DNA of 63,201 nt, counting the filler, from Mycoplasmatota bacterium (GTDB lineage Bacteria > Bacillota_I > Bacilli_A > RF39 > UBA660): the NCBI GenBank assembly GCA_012727915.1. It is 5 parts of 5 records of this genome, joined end to end, with 100 filler letters (N's around TTAATTAATTAA, not from the genome) between each part and the next. Parts side by side here need not be neighbours in the genome. Positions count along the whole stretch, not along the records: positions 26,648 to 44,044 come from JAAYGD010000039.1; positions 44,145 to 54,913 come from JAAYGD010000042.1; 3 more parts are not named here. One strand, 5' to 3'. Position numbers and translations under genes: made by a program. A model generated the notes under the pieces. The model was given only the letters and a program-made list of their open reading frames with translations, did no database searches and was not told the origin of the DNA. Shown here piece after piece: positions 38,018 through 48,743 of this stretch; the stretch's first letter is position 1; every line of letters begins with the position of its first letter.

Positions 38018-38770
38018 TTACTTATTAAAGTCAAATATTTGGATAGTGTTATTATAGAGATTTTCTTTTATAACATTTGGATTTTGCCCTTTAATTTCTG
38101 AGATTTTATCTATTATATTTTCAATATACAAAGGACTATTCAGCTTACCTCTAAATGGTTCTGGAGTTAAATAAGGAGAATCTGTTTCAACAACAATACA
38201 ATCTAATGGTATATCTTTTAATGTTTGTTTTAAATTTGAATTTTTAAACGTTAAAACTCCGCCAATACCAAGTTTATATCCTAATTTTATAAAGTTATTA
38301 GCAACCTCGATTCCTTTACTAAATGCATGTATAATTCCATTTAATTTATAATTTGATAGAATATTTAATATATCTTCTGTTGCTTCTCTATTATGTATTA
38401 CAACTGAGCAATTATTTTTTTGAGCAATATTTAATTGTTTAATAAACATCGCTTTTTGCTTTTCTTTATTATCTTTAATCCAATAATAATCTAGTCCGAT
38501 TTCTCCAACTCCCAATATTTTATTATGCTTTAATTGTGCTTCTAGCTCTAAAAAATCATTTTCATTTATTAAATCCACCTCAGAAGGATGAAAACCAACT
38601 GTTCCATAAACATTTTTATATTTTTTTGTTAATTCTATTACTTCTTTATTTGAAATGGGATTAACTCCACTTATTATTAATATAATGTCTTTTTTCTCAA
38701 TTTCTTTCATTAAAACAGCAATATCATCATAATATTCACTTAATATATGGCAATGAGTATCAACAATCAT
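38018..38770 (-). CDS. tatD: TatD family DNase
   Basis: DTHCH, GFHP, GEIGLDYY, IHNREA, ETDSPYLTP. Confidence 0.95.
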   Translation of the reverse strand: MIVDTHCHILSEYYDDIAVLMKEIEKKDIILIISGVNPISNKEVIELTKKYKNVYGTVGFHPSEVDLINENDFLELEAQLKHNKILGVGEIGLDYYWIKDNKEKQKAMFIKQLNIAQKNNCSVVIHNREATEDILNILSNYKLNGIIHAFSKGIEVANNFIKLGYKLGIGGVLTFKNSNLKQTLKDIPLDCIVVETDSPYLTPEPFRGKLNSPLYIENIIDKISEIKGQNPNVIKENLYNNTIQIFDFNK

Positions 38771-38809
38771 ATATCTCCTATTAAAAAAAACAATATTTAA
38801 TATTGCTTT

Positions 38810-39073
38810 TTATGAAAACAATCCTATTATATATTGAACCGGTTCATAAAAGAATATAGCAAAAGGATGCATATTTGAAAATAAAGATCCTTCCACCATA
38901 CTTAATATATAAGGCCCTACGAAATAATAAGCTACCAAAAACACCAATATCCTAATTGGTACATAATCTAATTTAATAAGTTCAAGTAGCATAGATACTA
39001 ACTTAAAAACTATTGAAATTACGATTAATCCAATTATTATAGGTAATAAAATATTTATAAAAAAATCCACCAT
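38810..39073 (-). CDS. Hypothetical small membrane protein
   Basis: 87-aa hydrophobic ORF with GGAGG RBS and a downstream hairpin (38783-38810). Confidence 0.65.
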   Translation of the reverse strand: MVDFFINILLPIIIGLIVISIVFKLVSMLLELIKLDYVPIRILVFLVAYYFVGPYILSMVEGSLFSNMHPFAIFFYEPVQYIIGLFS

Positions 39074-39126
39074 ATTTATCCTCCATCATTAAACATTATA
39101 ACAAAACAATTATTTAATAACAACCT

Positions 39127-40647
39127 TTATTCGATTCTTGTAAATAATATATCTATTTTTTCTACTGTAATATTATTTTCTAAATTACCAAATTTATAAA
39201 TAGAATCATACGAAATAATTTTTGTATTTATAGAGTTAATTATTTTATTTGATGTGTCTGGCAAAAACGGTTTTAATAATATTCCTATAATTCTAATTGA
39301 TTCTATAATATTATATAAAACATTATTTAATTTATCATAATTTTCATCTTTAGCCAAAATCCAAGGAGTGGTATCATCAATATATTTATTGCATATTCTG
39401 GCTAAATCTATAATGTTTGATAAAGCTAAACTAATATTTGTTTTTTCAATTGCTTCATCGACTTTTTTAGGTGTTTTAGATACTTCTTCAATAAATTTGT
39501 TATCTATTTCATCATTTTTTTCTGTTTTTTTAACAATTCCATCAAAATATTTTAATGACATTGCTATTGTCCTATTAATTAAATTTCCCAAAGTATTTGC
39601 CAAATCTGAATTAATTTTTTCTTTAATTAACTCTTTTGATATTAATCCATCGCTTGTAATTGGCATTGAACTCAATATATAATATCTAATTTGATCTAAC
39701 CCAAAATCATTAACTAATTCATCTGCATATAAAACATTACCTCTAGATTTACTCATCTTTTCTTTATCAGAAATTAACCATTGATGCCCAAAAATTGTTT
39801 TAGGAAGTTCTTCTTCAAGCGCAAGTAATAAAATTGGCCAATAAATAGCATGAAATCTATATATATCTTTTCCAATTATTTGAAGATCTGCTGGCCAATA
39901 TTTATTAAATTTCTCGCTTTTATTGTTTATATCATAATCTAAGAAAGTAATATAATTTGAAAGAGCATCGATCCATACATATATTACATTGTTTTTATCA
40001 AATGGAACCTTAACTCCCCAATCAAAGGAGCTTCTTGTTACACATAAATCTTGTAATCCGGGTTTAATAAAATTATTAATTATCTCAGTTTTTCTAAAAT
40101 CTGGTTGTAAAAATAATGGGTTTTTTTCAATATAATCTAATAATTTGTCAGTATAATTTGATAATTTAAGAAAATATGATTCTTCCTTCTTTTTTTCTAC
40201 ATTTCTTCCACAATCAGGACATTTTCCATCTATTAATTGAAGATCGGTATAAAATGATTCACAAGGTATGCAATACCATCCTTCATATACATCCTTATAA
40301 ATATCTCCTTTATCGTATAATTTTTGAAATATATTAGATACTATCTCTTTATGTTTAATATCTGACGTCCTAACAAAACTATCATATGAAATATTCAACA
40401 TATCATAGTTTTCTCGAACTATTTTTGATATATTATCAACATAATCTTGTTCAGTAACATTATTTTCTTGAGCTTTTATATGTACTTTCTCTCCGTGTTC
40501 ATCAGTACCAGTTTGAAAATATACATCAAAACCTTTTAATCTTTTATATCTTGCAATTGAATCCGCTAAAACCACTTCATATACATTACCTATATGAGGT
40601 TTCCCCGAAGCATATACAATTGCAGTCGTAATATAATATTTTTCCAT
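39127..40647 (-). CDS. metG: Methionine-tRNA ligase (short form, no C-terminal dimerisation domain)
   Basis: YITTAIVY..GKPHIGN, TGTDEHG, Zn knuckle CxxC/CPDC, YVWIDAL, KMSKS. Confidence 0.97.
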   Translation of the reverse strand: MEKYYITTAIVYASGKPHIGNVYEVVLADSIARYKRLKGFDVYFQTGTDEHGEKVHIKAQENNVTEQDYVDNISKIVRENYDMLNISYDSFVRTSDIKHKEIVSNIFQKLYDKGDIYKDVYEGWYCIPCESFYTDLQLIDGKCPDCGRNVEKKKEESYFLKLSNYTDKLLDYIEKNPLFLQPDFRKTEIINNFIKPGLQDLCVTRSSFDWGVKVPFDKNNVIYVWIDALSNYITFLDYDINNKSEKFNKYWPADLQIIGKDIYRFHAIYWPILLLALEEELPKTIFGHQWLISDKEKMSKSRGNVLYADELVNDFGLDQIRYYILSSMPITSDGLISKELIKEKINSDLANTLGNLINRTIAMSLKYFDGIVKKTEKNDEIDNKFIEEVSKTPKKVDEAIEKTNISLALSNIIDLARICNKYIDDTTPWILAKDENYDKLNNVLYNIIESIRIIGILLKPFLPDTSNKIINSINTKIISYDSIYKFGNLENNITVEKIDILFTRIE

Positions 40648-40649
40648 AC

Positions 40650-40850
40650 TATCCTCCTAATAAAAAAAACTATAAACTTAAGGACGACTAATCGCGGTAC
40701 CACCTTAATTCATAGTATTCTATGCACTTAATTCTTTAACGCAGAAATACGATTAACTCCAAAACCATATTCAATAATATAATTATACTTGTTTCACCAA
40801 ATCAAGCTCTCTAAAATAATTATTATTATTTACTCGTTTCTTCAATGTCA
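40650..40850 (-). promoter_or_regulatory. Met T-box riboswitch
   Basis: T-box AAGGTGGTACCGCG (40693-40706); stem I AGAGAGC..GGTGAAA; specifier GAAT-ATG-G with ATG at 40766-40768. Confidence 0.92.
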
Positions 40851-40854
40851 TTTA

Positions 40855-43800
40855 TTAATAAATTATATCATTTATAGTATATTTGTCAATTAATATTATC
40901 AATTCTAAAGCATAATATAGCCAATGCTTTTCAAGCTTAGTTAACTCAATTGTTATTTTTAATCTTTTATATTCATAGGAAAATTTAAACATTTTTCCGA
41001 TAGATAGAGTTCTTTGATAAAAATCATTGATTTCAATAGAATCGGTTTTTTCTTTAGAAATATATATATCTATTGAATTTTTATTTTGATTTATTTTTTC
41101 AACTCCTTTTTCATTTGCTAACTTTTCAAACCATTCTTGATACATATATAATAGCAACTTCTCATTTATTCTTCCAAACCTATCCTCAATTTCTTTTTTA
41201 ACTTCTAACAATTTTTCATAACTATCAATTTCATTTATTCGTTTATGAATTTCAATCTTTAAAGATTCATCTTTTACATAGCTATCATCTATGTGTGTAT
41301 CTATGTTTATTAAAGAAGTGTCTAAACTTTCTGTCTCTTTTTGGTAATTTCCTTTTATTTTTTCAACTTCTTCGTTAACCATTTTTGTATATAATTCAAT
41401 TCCAACCGAATCTATAAATCCTGATTGCTCACTGCCTAATATATCTCCAGATCCTCTTATTGATAAGTCTCTAATAGCTATTGATAAACCACTGCCAAGT
41501 TCAGTGAATTCTTTAATTGTTTTCAAGCGTTTTGTTGCGGTTTCACCTAAATTTTTCCTCTTATCATACATTAAATATGCATATGCAATCTTATTTGTTC
41601 TTCCAACTCTTCCTCTTATTTGATAAAGTTGACTCAATCCAAATCTATCAGCATCAATTATTATTAAAGTATTTACATTGGGAATATCAATTCCAGTTTC
41701 AATAATTGTAGTACAAATTAGTACATCATATTTTTGATCTATAAAATCAATCATAATATTTTCTATATCATTTTTTTTCATTTTTCCATGAGCATATACA
41801 ATTCTAGCTTCGCTAACTAAACTTTGAATTTCTTGAACTTTTCGTTCGATTTTTTCTATATTATTAAATAATATATATATTTGACCTTTTCTAACAAGTT
41901 CTTTATAAATTGCTTCTTTAATTATTTGATTGTTTTCTTCTAATACATAAGTTTGAATTGGATATCTGTTAACTGGTGGTGTTTCAATTAAAGACAAATC
42001 TCTCAAACCAATTAAAGCCATTTGCATTGTTCTAGGAATTGGAGTTGCAGATAAAGTTAAAACATCAATATTCGTTTTATATTCTTTTATTTTTTCTTTA
42101 TGCGTAACTCCAAATCTTTGTTCTTCGTCGATTATTAACAAGCCTAGAGATTTAAATTCTATATCTTTACTAAGTAATCTATGGGTTCCAAAAACCATAT
42201 CAATAGACCCTTTTTTTAGACCTTCAATAATTCTATTTACTTCCTTTTTTGAAGTAAATCTATTTAAAATTACAATAGAGAACGGATAATTTTTAAATCT
42301 AGATATTGCATTATTATACTGTTGATTTGACAACAATGTTGTTGGGCATAAATAAGCAACTTGTTTACCACTATTTACTGCTTTAAACATAGCTCTAAAA
42401 GCAACCTCTGTCTTTCCATAACCAACATCCCCACACAATATTCTATCCATTGGACTATTAGATTCCATATCTTTCTTTATTTGCATAGTAGATATTAATT
42501 GGTCTTTTGTTTCTTCATAAATAAATTCTTTTTCAAAATTTATTTGTTCTTCGTCATCTTTATTAAATGCAAAACCTTCAGTTGCCTTTCTTTCGGCAGA
42601 AAGTTTAATTAGTTTTTCTGCAATATCTTTAATTCTATTTTTAACTTTATATTTTGTGTTTACCCAGTCGCTTCCGCCCAAACTATTAATTTTTGGTTTT
42701 AATCCCTCATTTAAGGAATATTTAGTAATTAAATCAATTTTTTCAACTGGAATATATAAATTTTCATTATTTTTATATTTGATTAACAAGTAATCCTTAA
42801 TTGCACCATTTTTATTTAACGCAATTATACCCGAATAAATTCCTATTCCATGTGCTTCGTGAACAACGTAATCACCAATATTTAGCTTAGACATGTCTTT
42901 AATTTTTGTGCCAAATCTAAATTTGCTATTATATTGTCTTTTATTATCTAATTGTTTGTAAATATTTGATTCAGAAATTACAATATAATTCTCAAATATA
43001 AAACCTTGATTTAATTTTTTTTCAATTACATTAATTGAATTAGCAAATATTTTCGATTCGTTTGTATTTATTACATTAATATTGATTAACTCCTTGAAAT
43101 TATCAATTTTCTTCTTTGAATCAAAAGCAATTATTACAGTTTTATGTTCTTTAATATAGAAATTTAAATCTTTTCTCAATAATTCAAAATTTTCATTATA
43201 GTTTGTAACTTCTTTTATATCTAAATATACTTTATTTTTTATACTTGAAATATTATCTAATGTATTTAAGTAAATTGTGTTTTTTGCTTTAAAATCATAA
43301 AGAGAATGAAAATAATTTGTATTTGGTTCGATTTCATTACTTTTTGTATGTTCAATTATTTGTTCTTGTAATCTAACATAAGATTTTTCAATAAGATTAT
43401 AATCTTTAAATATAACTATTTCATTTTCTAAATAATCTAATATAGAAGAAACTTCTTCATATTTCGCTAGATATTTTTGCTTTTTTATTGAGTTTTCAGT
43501 ATTAGAAATAAATTCACTTACCGGATAAATAACTATTTCCTCTATATTATTTATTGATAGTTGAGTTTCTAATTCAAAATATCTTAGGGATTCAATTGTA
43601 TTATCCCAAAATTCAATCCTTACTGGTTTGTCTGATAACGATGGAAAAACATCTAATATAAACCCTCTATTAGCAATGTCCCCGGTTTTATTGATTAAAG
43701 GAGTTATTTCATAACCTATTGAATCTAAATTGTTTATTAATTTTTCTTTTTCTATAATTTGCCCAGTTTTTATGTTAATGCAATTCTTTTTCCATGAATT

Positions 43801-44044
43801 TTTTTTGGGCAATAAACGAATCAAACCCATAAAATCGGTCACAACTATATGTTTTTCTTTAGAAAATACAATCTCGTTAATTGTTTCCAATCTAGTCATT
43901 TCTAATTCGGGGCTAGAAGCCAAAAACTCTTCAGATAAAAAATCATCTGTAGGAAAAAATAGTACATTATTATTATAATTAATTAATGAATTAAATATTT
44001 TGTTGGCTTCATATAAAGTATTAGTGACAACCAATATGTTATTC
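40855..44044 (-). CDS. mfd: Transcription-repair coupling factor, 5' end cut by contig break
   Basis: GDYVVHEAHGIG, MDRILCGDVGYGKTEVA, DEEQRFG, QIRGRVGR; TRCF C-terminal domain. Confidence 0.97.
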
Positions 44045-44144
44045 NNNNNNNNNNNNNNNNNNNNNNNNNNNNNNNNNNNNNNNNNNNNTTAATTAATTAA
44101 NNNNNNNNNNNNNNNNNNNNNNNNNNNNNNNNNNNNNNNNNNNN
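44045..44144. other. Artificial contig linker
   Basis: N44-TTAATTAATTAA-N44. Confidence 0.99.
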
Positions 44145-44146
44145 AT

Positions 44147-44524
44147 GACTATATAAATCAAGGTATGTCTAGGGAAGAAGCAATTGACTTTTTAAATAGA
44201 TCTGATGTTAGTGTTAAGTGGTTAATTGGTCCAAAAGAAACAAGTGTTTTTGAAAGTAAAGAAGATATGTTGTCTTATTTAAATAATGATGAGTTCTTGG
44301 GAGTTAGTTTAAAAAATACAAGTATTGAAAACTACTTACAAGAAAATCAAAATGATTTGTTAAATATTATTGGTAAACAAAAAGAAGCTAGTAGTTTTAG
44401 TTCATTTATGAAAGAACTTCATGAAATGGGACCAACTGCAGTAGGTTTATTTATTGCATATGAAATGATTCAATATGGACTTGCATTTCCAACAGGAGGA
44501 TTGAGTTTAGCGTTACCATTTTAA
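44147..44524 (+). CDS. C-terminal fragment of a hypothetical protein
   Basis: Frame is open back to the contig edge; ends in hydrophobic GLAFPTGGLSLALPF. Confidence 0.55.
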   Translation, partial: DYINQGMSREEAIDFLNRSDVSVKWLIGPKETSVFESKEDMLSYLNNDEFLGVSLKNTSIENYLQENQNDLLNIIGKQKEASSFSSFMKELHEMGPTAVGLFIAYEMIQYGLAFPTGGLSLALPF

Positions 44525-44597
44525 ATATAAATATAAAAAATATGATATTATATATAATGTTGTATTTTTTTATTGTGTAAAAATAGAGAGGACAAAA

Positions 44598-46355
44598 ATG
44601 ATTAAATTAATTAAAAACTTAAGTAAGAGAGATTGGATATTTATATTTATTAGTATAGGATTAATAGTAGTACAGGTATGGTTAGATTTAAAAATGCCTG
44701 ATTATATGTCAGAAGTTACTAAATTAGTTCAAACTGAAGGTTCAAAGATAGAAGAAATAATTGTACAAGGTATTTATATGTTACTTTGTGCTTTGGGTAG
44801 TTTGTTGGCTGCTATTGTTGTTGGGTATTTAATATCAAATATAGGTGCTTCTTTTTCTATGAGAACTAGAAAGAAATTGTTTAACAAAGTAGAAAGTTTA
44901 GGAATGGAAGAAATTAAATTATTTAAAACAAGTAGTTTGATTACAAGAACTACAAATGATATTACAAATATAGAAATGTTTGTAATTATGGGATTACAAT
45001 TATTAATTAAATCACCTATAACAGTAATATGGGCTGTTACAAAGATATTAAATAAAAGTTGGCAGTGGAGTGCATTAACAGCAGGAATTGTTGTAATATT
45101 ATTGATTTTTATAGGTATTATGATAATGTTAGTTATTCCTAAGTTTAAAATAATACAAAAGTTAATAGATAAATTAAATGAAGTTACTAGAGAAAATTTA
45201 ACGGGTATTAGAGTAGTTAGAGCTTTTAATGCTGAAGATTATCAAGAGAAGAAGTTCGAAGTAGTAAATAATGATCTTACTAAATTACAAATGTTTACTC
45301 AAAGAATGATGTCAATAATGCAACCATTGATGTTTTTACTTATGTATTTTTTAACATTATTTATTTATGTAATAGGCGCCAATCTAATAAAAGATGCTTT
45401 GATGGTAGATAGATTAAATATATTTGGAGATATGATAGTATTTTCTTCATATGCTATACAAGTAATAATGTCATTTTTAATGTTAGCTTTTGTATTTATA
45501 TTTTTACCAAGAGCACAAGTATCTGCTAAGAGAATTAATGAAGTATTTAATACACATTCAAAGATAATAGATGGAAAAATAGATAAAAGTGTTACTAAAG
45601 AAAAAGGTACTATTGAATTTAAGAATGTATCATTTAAATATCCTGATGCAGAAGAATATTTATTAAAAAATATATCTTTTAAAATTAATAAAGGAGAAAC
45701 GGTTGCATTTATTGGATCAACTGGTTCTGGTAAATCCACTTTAATTAACTTAATACCTAGATTTTATGATGCTACTGATGGAGAGGTAATAGTGGATGGT
45801 TTAAATGTAAAAGAATATAATTCTAAATTCCTTTATAATAAATTAGGTTATGTAACTCAAAAAGCAGTTATATTTAATGGAAGTGTAAGTTATAATGTAA
45901 ACTATGGAGATAATGGTAAAAAAGGAAAAAAAGCAATTAAAGAAGCAATAAAAATAGCACAAGCAGAAGATTTTGTTTTGAAGATGGAAGATAAATATGA
46001 TTATCATTTAGCTGCTAATGGTACTAATTTATCAGGTGGTCAAAAACAAAGAATTTCTATCGCTAGGGCAATAGCAAGAAATCCAGAAATATATATATTT
46101 GATGATAGTTTTTCTGCATTAGATTATAAGACTGATAGTATTTTAAGAAAAGAATTAAAAAAATATACTAAAGAATCAACAAATTTAATAGTGGCTACAA
46201 GAATAGGTACAATAATGGATGCTGATAAAATAATAGTTTTAGATAAAGGAGAATGTGTAGGAATTGGAACACATAAAGAATTATTAAATAGTTGCAAAGT
46301 ATATAAAGAAATAGCGCTATCTCAACTTAGTAAGGAGGAACTAGAAAATGAATAA
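44598..46355 (+). CDS. ABC exporter ATPase/permease, subunit 1 (multidrug type)
   Basis: Six-TM domain, GSTGSGKS, LSGGQKQR, degenerate Walker B FDDSFSALD. Confidence 0.93.
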   Translation: MIKLIKNLSKRDWIFIFISIGLIVVQVWLDLKMPDYMSEVTKLVQTEGSKIEEIIVQGIYMLLCALGSLLAAIVVGYLISNIGASFSMRTRKKLFNKVESLGMEEIKLFKTSSLITRTTNDITNIEMFVIMGLQLLIKSPITVIWAVTKILNKSWQWSALTAGIVVILLIFIGIMIMLVIPKFKIIQKLIDKLNEVTRENLTGIRVVRAFNAEDYQEKKFEVVNNDLTKLQMFTQRMMSIMQPLMFLLMYFLTLFIYVIGANLIKDALMVDRLNIFGDMIVFSSYAIQVIMSFLMLAFVFIFLPRAQVSAKRINEVFNTHSKIIDGKIDKSVTKEKGTIEFKNVSFKYPDAEEYLLKNISFKINKGETVAFIGSTGSGKSTLINLIPRFYDATDGEVIVDGLNVKEYNSKFLYNKLGYVTQKAVIFNGSVSYNVNYGDNGKKGKKAIKEAIKIAQAEDFVLKMEDKYDYHLAANGTNLSGGQKQRISIARAIARNPEIYIFDDSFSALDYKTDSILRKELKKYTKESTNLIVATRIGTIMDADKIIVLDKGECVGIGTHKELLNSCKVYKEIALSQLSKEELENE

Positions 46356-48699
46356 TGGTCGAAAACATGGTCCTCAAATAGTAGGAGTTGAAAAACCTAA
46401 AGATCTAAAAATGGCTTTAAAAAAACTATTTAAGAGTTTAAATAAATATAAGAACAAAATATTTGTTGCACTTTTATTAGCGGTATTTGGTTCTATTTTA
46501 ACTTTAATAGCGCCTAATAAACTATCTGATCTAGTAGATGAAATATCTAAAGGATTATTTTTAAATAAAGAAAAATTAGAAATAGTAACAAAAGAAATTA
46601 CAAGTAATATATCGGAAGATAGTTTTAAAATTATTGTTCCAGAAATTCTAGATTTAAAAATTGATCAAACAAGTACTTATAAAATATTAAATTCTAATAT
46701 AATTAATCAAAATGATAAAGATAAATATATGGATTTCTTAAATAAATTAAAAGTGTCAAATGGTTTACAGTATACATTAAAATATATATTAGAACTACCA
46801 ACTAGTATTACTAATATAATTCTTCCAATATCAAATTATAATGGTATTGAAATCAATACTGAAGATAAAATATTATTTATTAATATTATGAATGAAGATA
46901 AAGAAAGCATTGATTTAAAATCAATGCCTAATAGTATTAATAAAATATTATTTCCTGAAAGTATAATAGAAAATAGAGTAATCACTACAAAAGATAAAGT
47001 ATCTTTTATAAGTGTTATGTCTAGTATAGATGAAGAATATAATGTAAATGAATTGTATAGTAATATTGATAAATTACCAATTAATATAAAAGAAATAATT
47101 GAACCTAAAATTAATTTAGATATTGTTAAATATATTACAGTATTTCTAATTATAGTTTATTTATTGAATTCTATATTTAGTTATACAGGTTATTTTATAA
47201 TGACTACAGTAGCTAACAGATATGCTAAAGGGTTAAGAACTAAAATATCTAATAAAATAAATAAATTGCCATTAAAATATTTTGATAATAATACTACTGG
47301 AGATGTATTATCAAGAGTAACAAATGATGTTGATATGATTTCTCAATCATTAAATCAGAGTTTAGATACTATTGTAAGTAGTGCTGCTTTATTATTTGGA
47401 TCTTTAATAATGATGTTTTATACTAATTGGATTATGGCTATAACTGCAATTATTTCTTCTTTGTTTGGATTTGTATTTATGGCAATAGTGTTAAAAAAAT
47501 CTCAAAAATATTTTTTTCAAAGACAAGAGAATCTTGGTAAATTAAATGGTCATATTGAAGAGATATATTCTGGATTAAATGTTGTAAAAGTATATAATGG
47601 AGTAGAAGATTCTAATAAACAATTTGATTTATTTAATAAAGAAGTTTATGAAACAAGTAGAAAGAGTCAATTCTTTTCTGGTTTAATGCAACCTATGATG
47701 ATTTTTATAGGTAATTTTGGATATGTTGCGGTATGTATAGTAGGAGCTTTACTTACTATGAATGATGTAATATCTTTTGGTGTAATAGTTGCGTTTATTA
47801 TGTATGTTAGATTATTTACTCAACCAATGGCTAGAATAGCGCAAGCATTGACAACTCTTCAAGGAGCTGCAGCATCAACCGAAAGAGTATTTGAATTTGT
47901 TGATGAAAAAGAAATGATTGATGAATCAAATATTAAAAAGATTTTAAAAAGAAAAGATGTTGAAGGGAATATAGAATTTGAAAATGTATCTTTTGGATAT
48001 GAAGAAGATAAAACTATTATTAAAGATTTTAGTGCAAAAGCTTTACCTGGTCAAAAAATTGCTATTGTTGGTCCTACTGGAGCAGGTAAAACTACAATGG
48101 TTAATCTTTTAATGAAATTTTATGATGTAAATAATGGTGATATTAAAATAGATGGAAAATCTATTAAGGAATTAAAGAGAGAAAATGTACACTCATTATT
48201 TACTATGGTATTACAAGATACTTGGTTATTTAATGGAACAATTAAAGAAAACATTATATATAATCATAAAGATGTAGATGATGAAACATTACAAAAAATA
48301 TGTGAAACAGTAGGAATAGATCATTTTATTAAAACATTACCTAATGGATATGATTCTTTAATATCAGATAATGATAGTGTTTCTGCAGGTCAAAGACAAT
48401 TATTAACTATTGCTAGAGGTATGATTAATAATGCTCCTTTACTTATATTAGATGAAGCAACTAGTAATGTAGATACTAGAACTGAAGAATTAGTTCAAAA
48501 AGCAATGGATAAGATTACTGAAGGAAAAACTTCATTTATTATTGCGCATAGATTATCTACAATTAAGAATGCTGATTTAATTTTAGTAATGAAAGATGGA
48601 AATATTATTGAACAAGGTAAACACAAAGATTTAATTAATAAAAATGGATTCTATGCTGAATTATATAATTCTCAATTTACAAAACAAGGAATTAATTAA
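46348..48699 (+). CDS. ABC exporter ATPase/permease, subunit 2, with large loop insertion
   Basis: GPTGAGKT, SAGQRQL, LDEATSNVD, IAHRLST; ~190 extra aa between TM1 and TM2. Confidence 0.93.
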   Translation: MNNGRKHGPQIVGVEKPKDLKMALKKLFKSLNKYKNKIFVALLLAVFGSILTLIAPNKLSDLVDEISKGLFLNKEKLEIVTKEITSNISEDSFKIIVPEILDLKIDQTSTYKILNSNIINQNDKDKYMDFLNKLKVSNGLQYTLKYILELPTSITNIILPISNYNGIEINTEDKILFINIMNEDKESIDLKSMPNSINKILFPESIIENRVITTKDKVSFISVMSSIDEEYNVNELYSNIDKLPINIKEIIEPKINLDIVKYITVFLIIVYLLNSIFSYTGYFIMTTVANRYAKGLRTKISNKINKLPLKYFDNNTTGDVLSRVTNDVDMISQSLNQSLDTIVSSAALLFGSLIMMFYTNWIMAITAIISSLFGFVFMAIVLKKSQKYFFQRQENLGKLNGHIEEIYSGLNVVKVYNGVEDSNKQFDLFNKEVYETSRKSQFFSGLMQPMMIFIGNFGYVAVCIVGALLTMNDVISFGVIVAFIMYVRLFTQPMARIAQALTTLQGAAASTERVFEFVDEKEMIDESNIKKILKRKDVEGNIEFENVSFGYEEDKTIIKDFSAKALPGQKIAIVGPTGAGKTTMVNLLMKFYDVNNGDIKIDGKSIKELKRENVHSLFTMVLQDTWLFNGTIKENIIYNHKDVDDETLQKICETVGIDHFIKTLPNGYDSLISDNDSVSAGQRQLLTIARGMINNAPLLILDEATSNVDTRTEELVQKAMDKITEGKTSFIIAHRLSTIKNADLILVMKDGNIIEQGKHKDLINKNGFYAELYNSQFTKQGIN

Positions 48700-48743
48700 A
48701 AAAAATAAAATTATTGTGTATAATATTATTAGGAGGCAATTTT

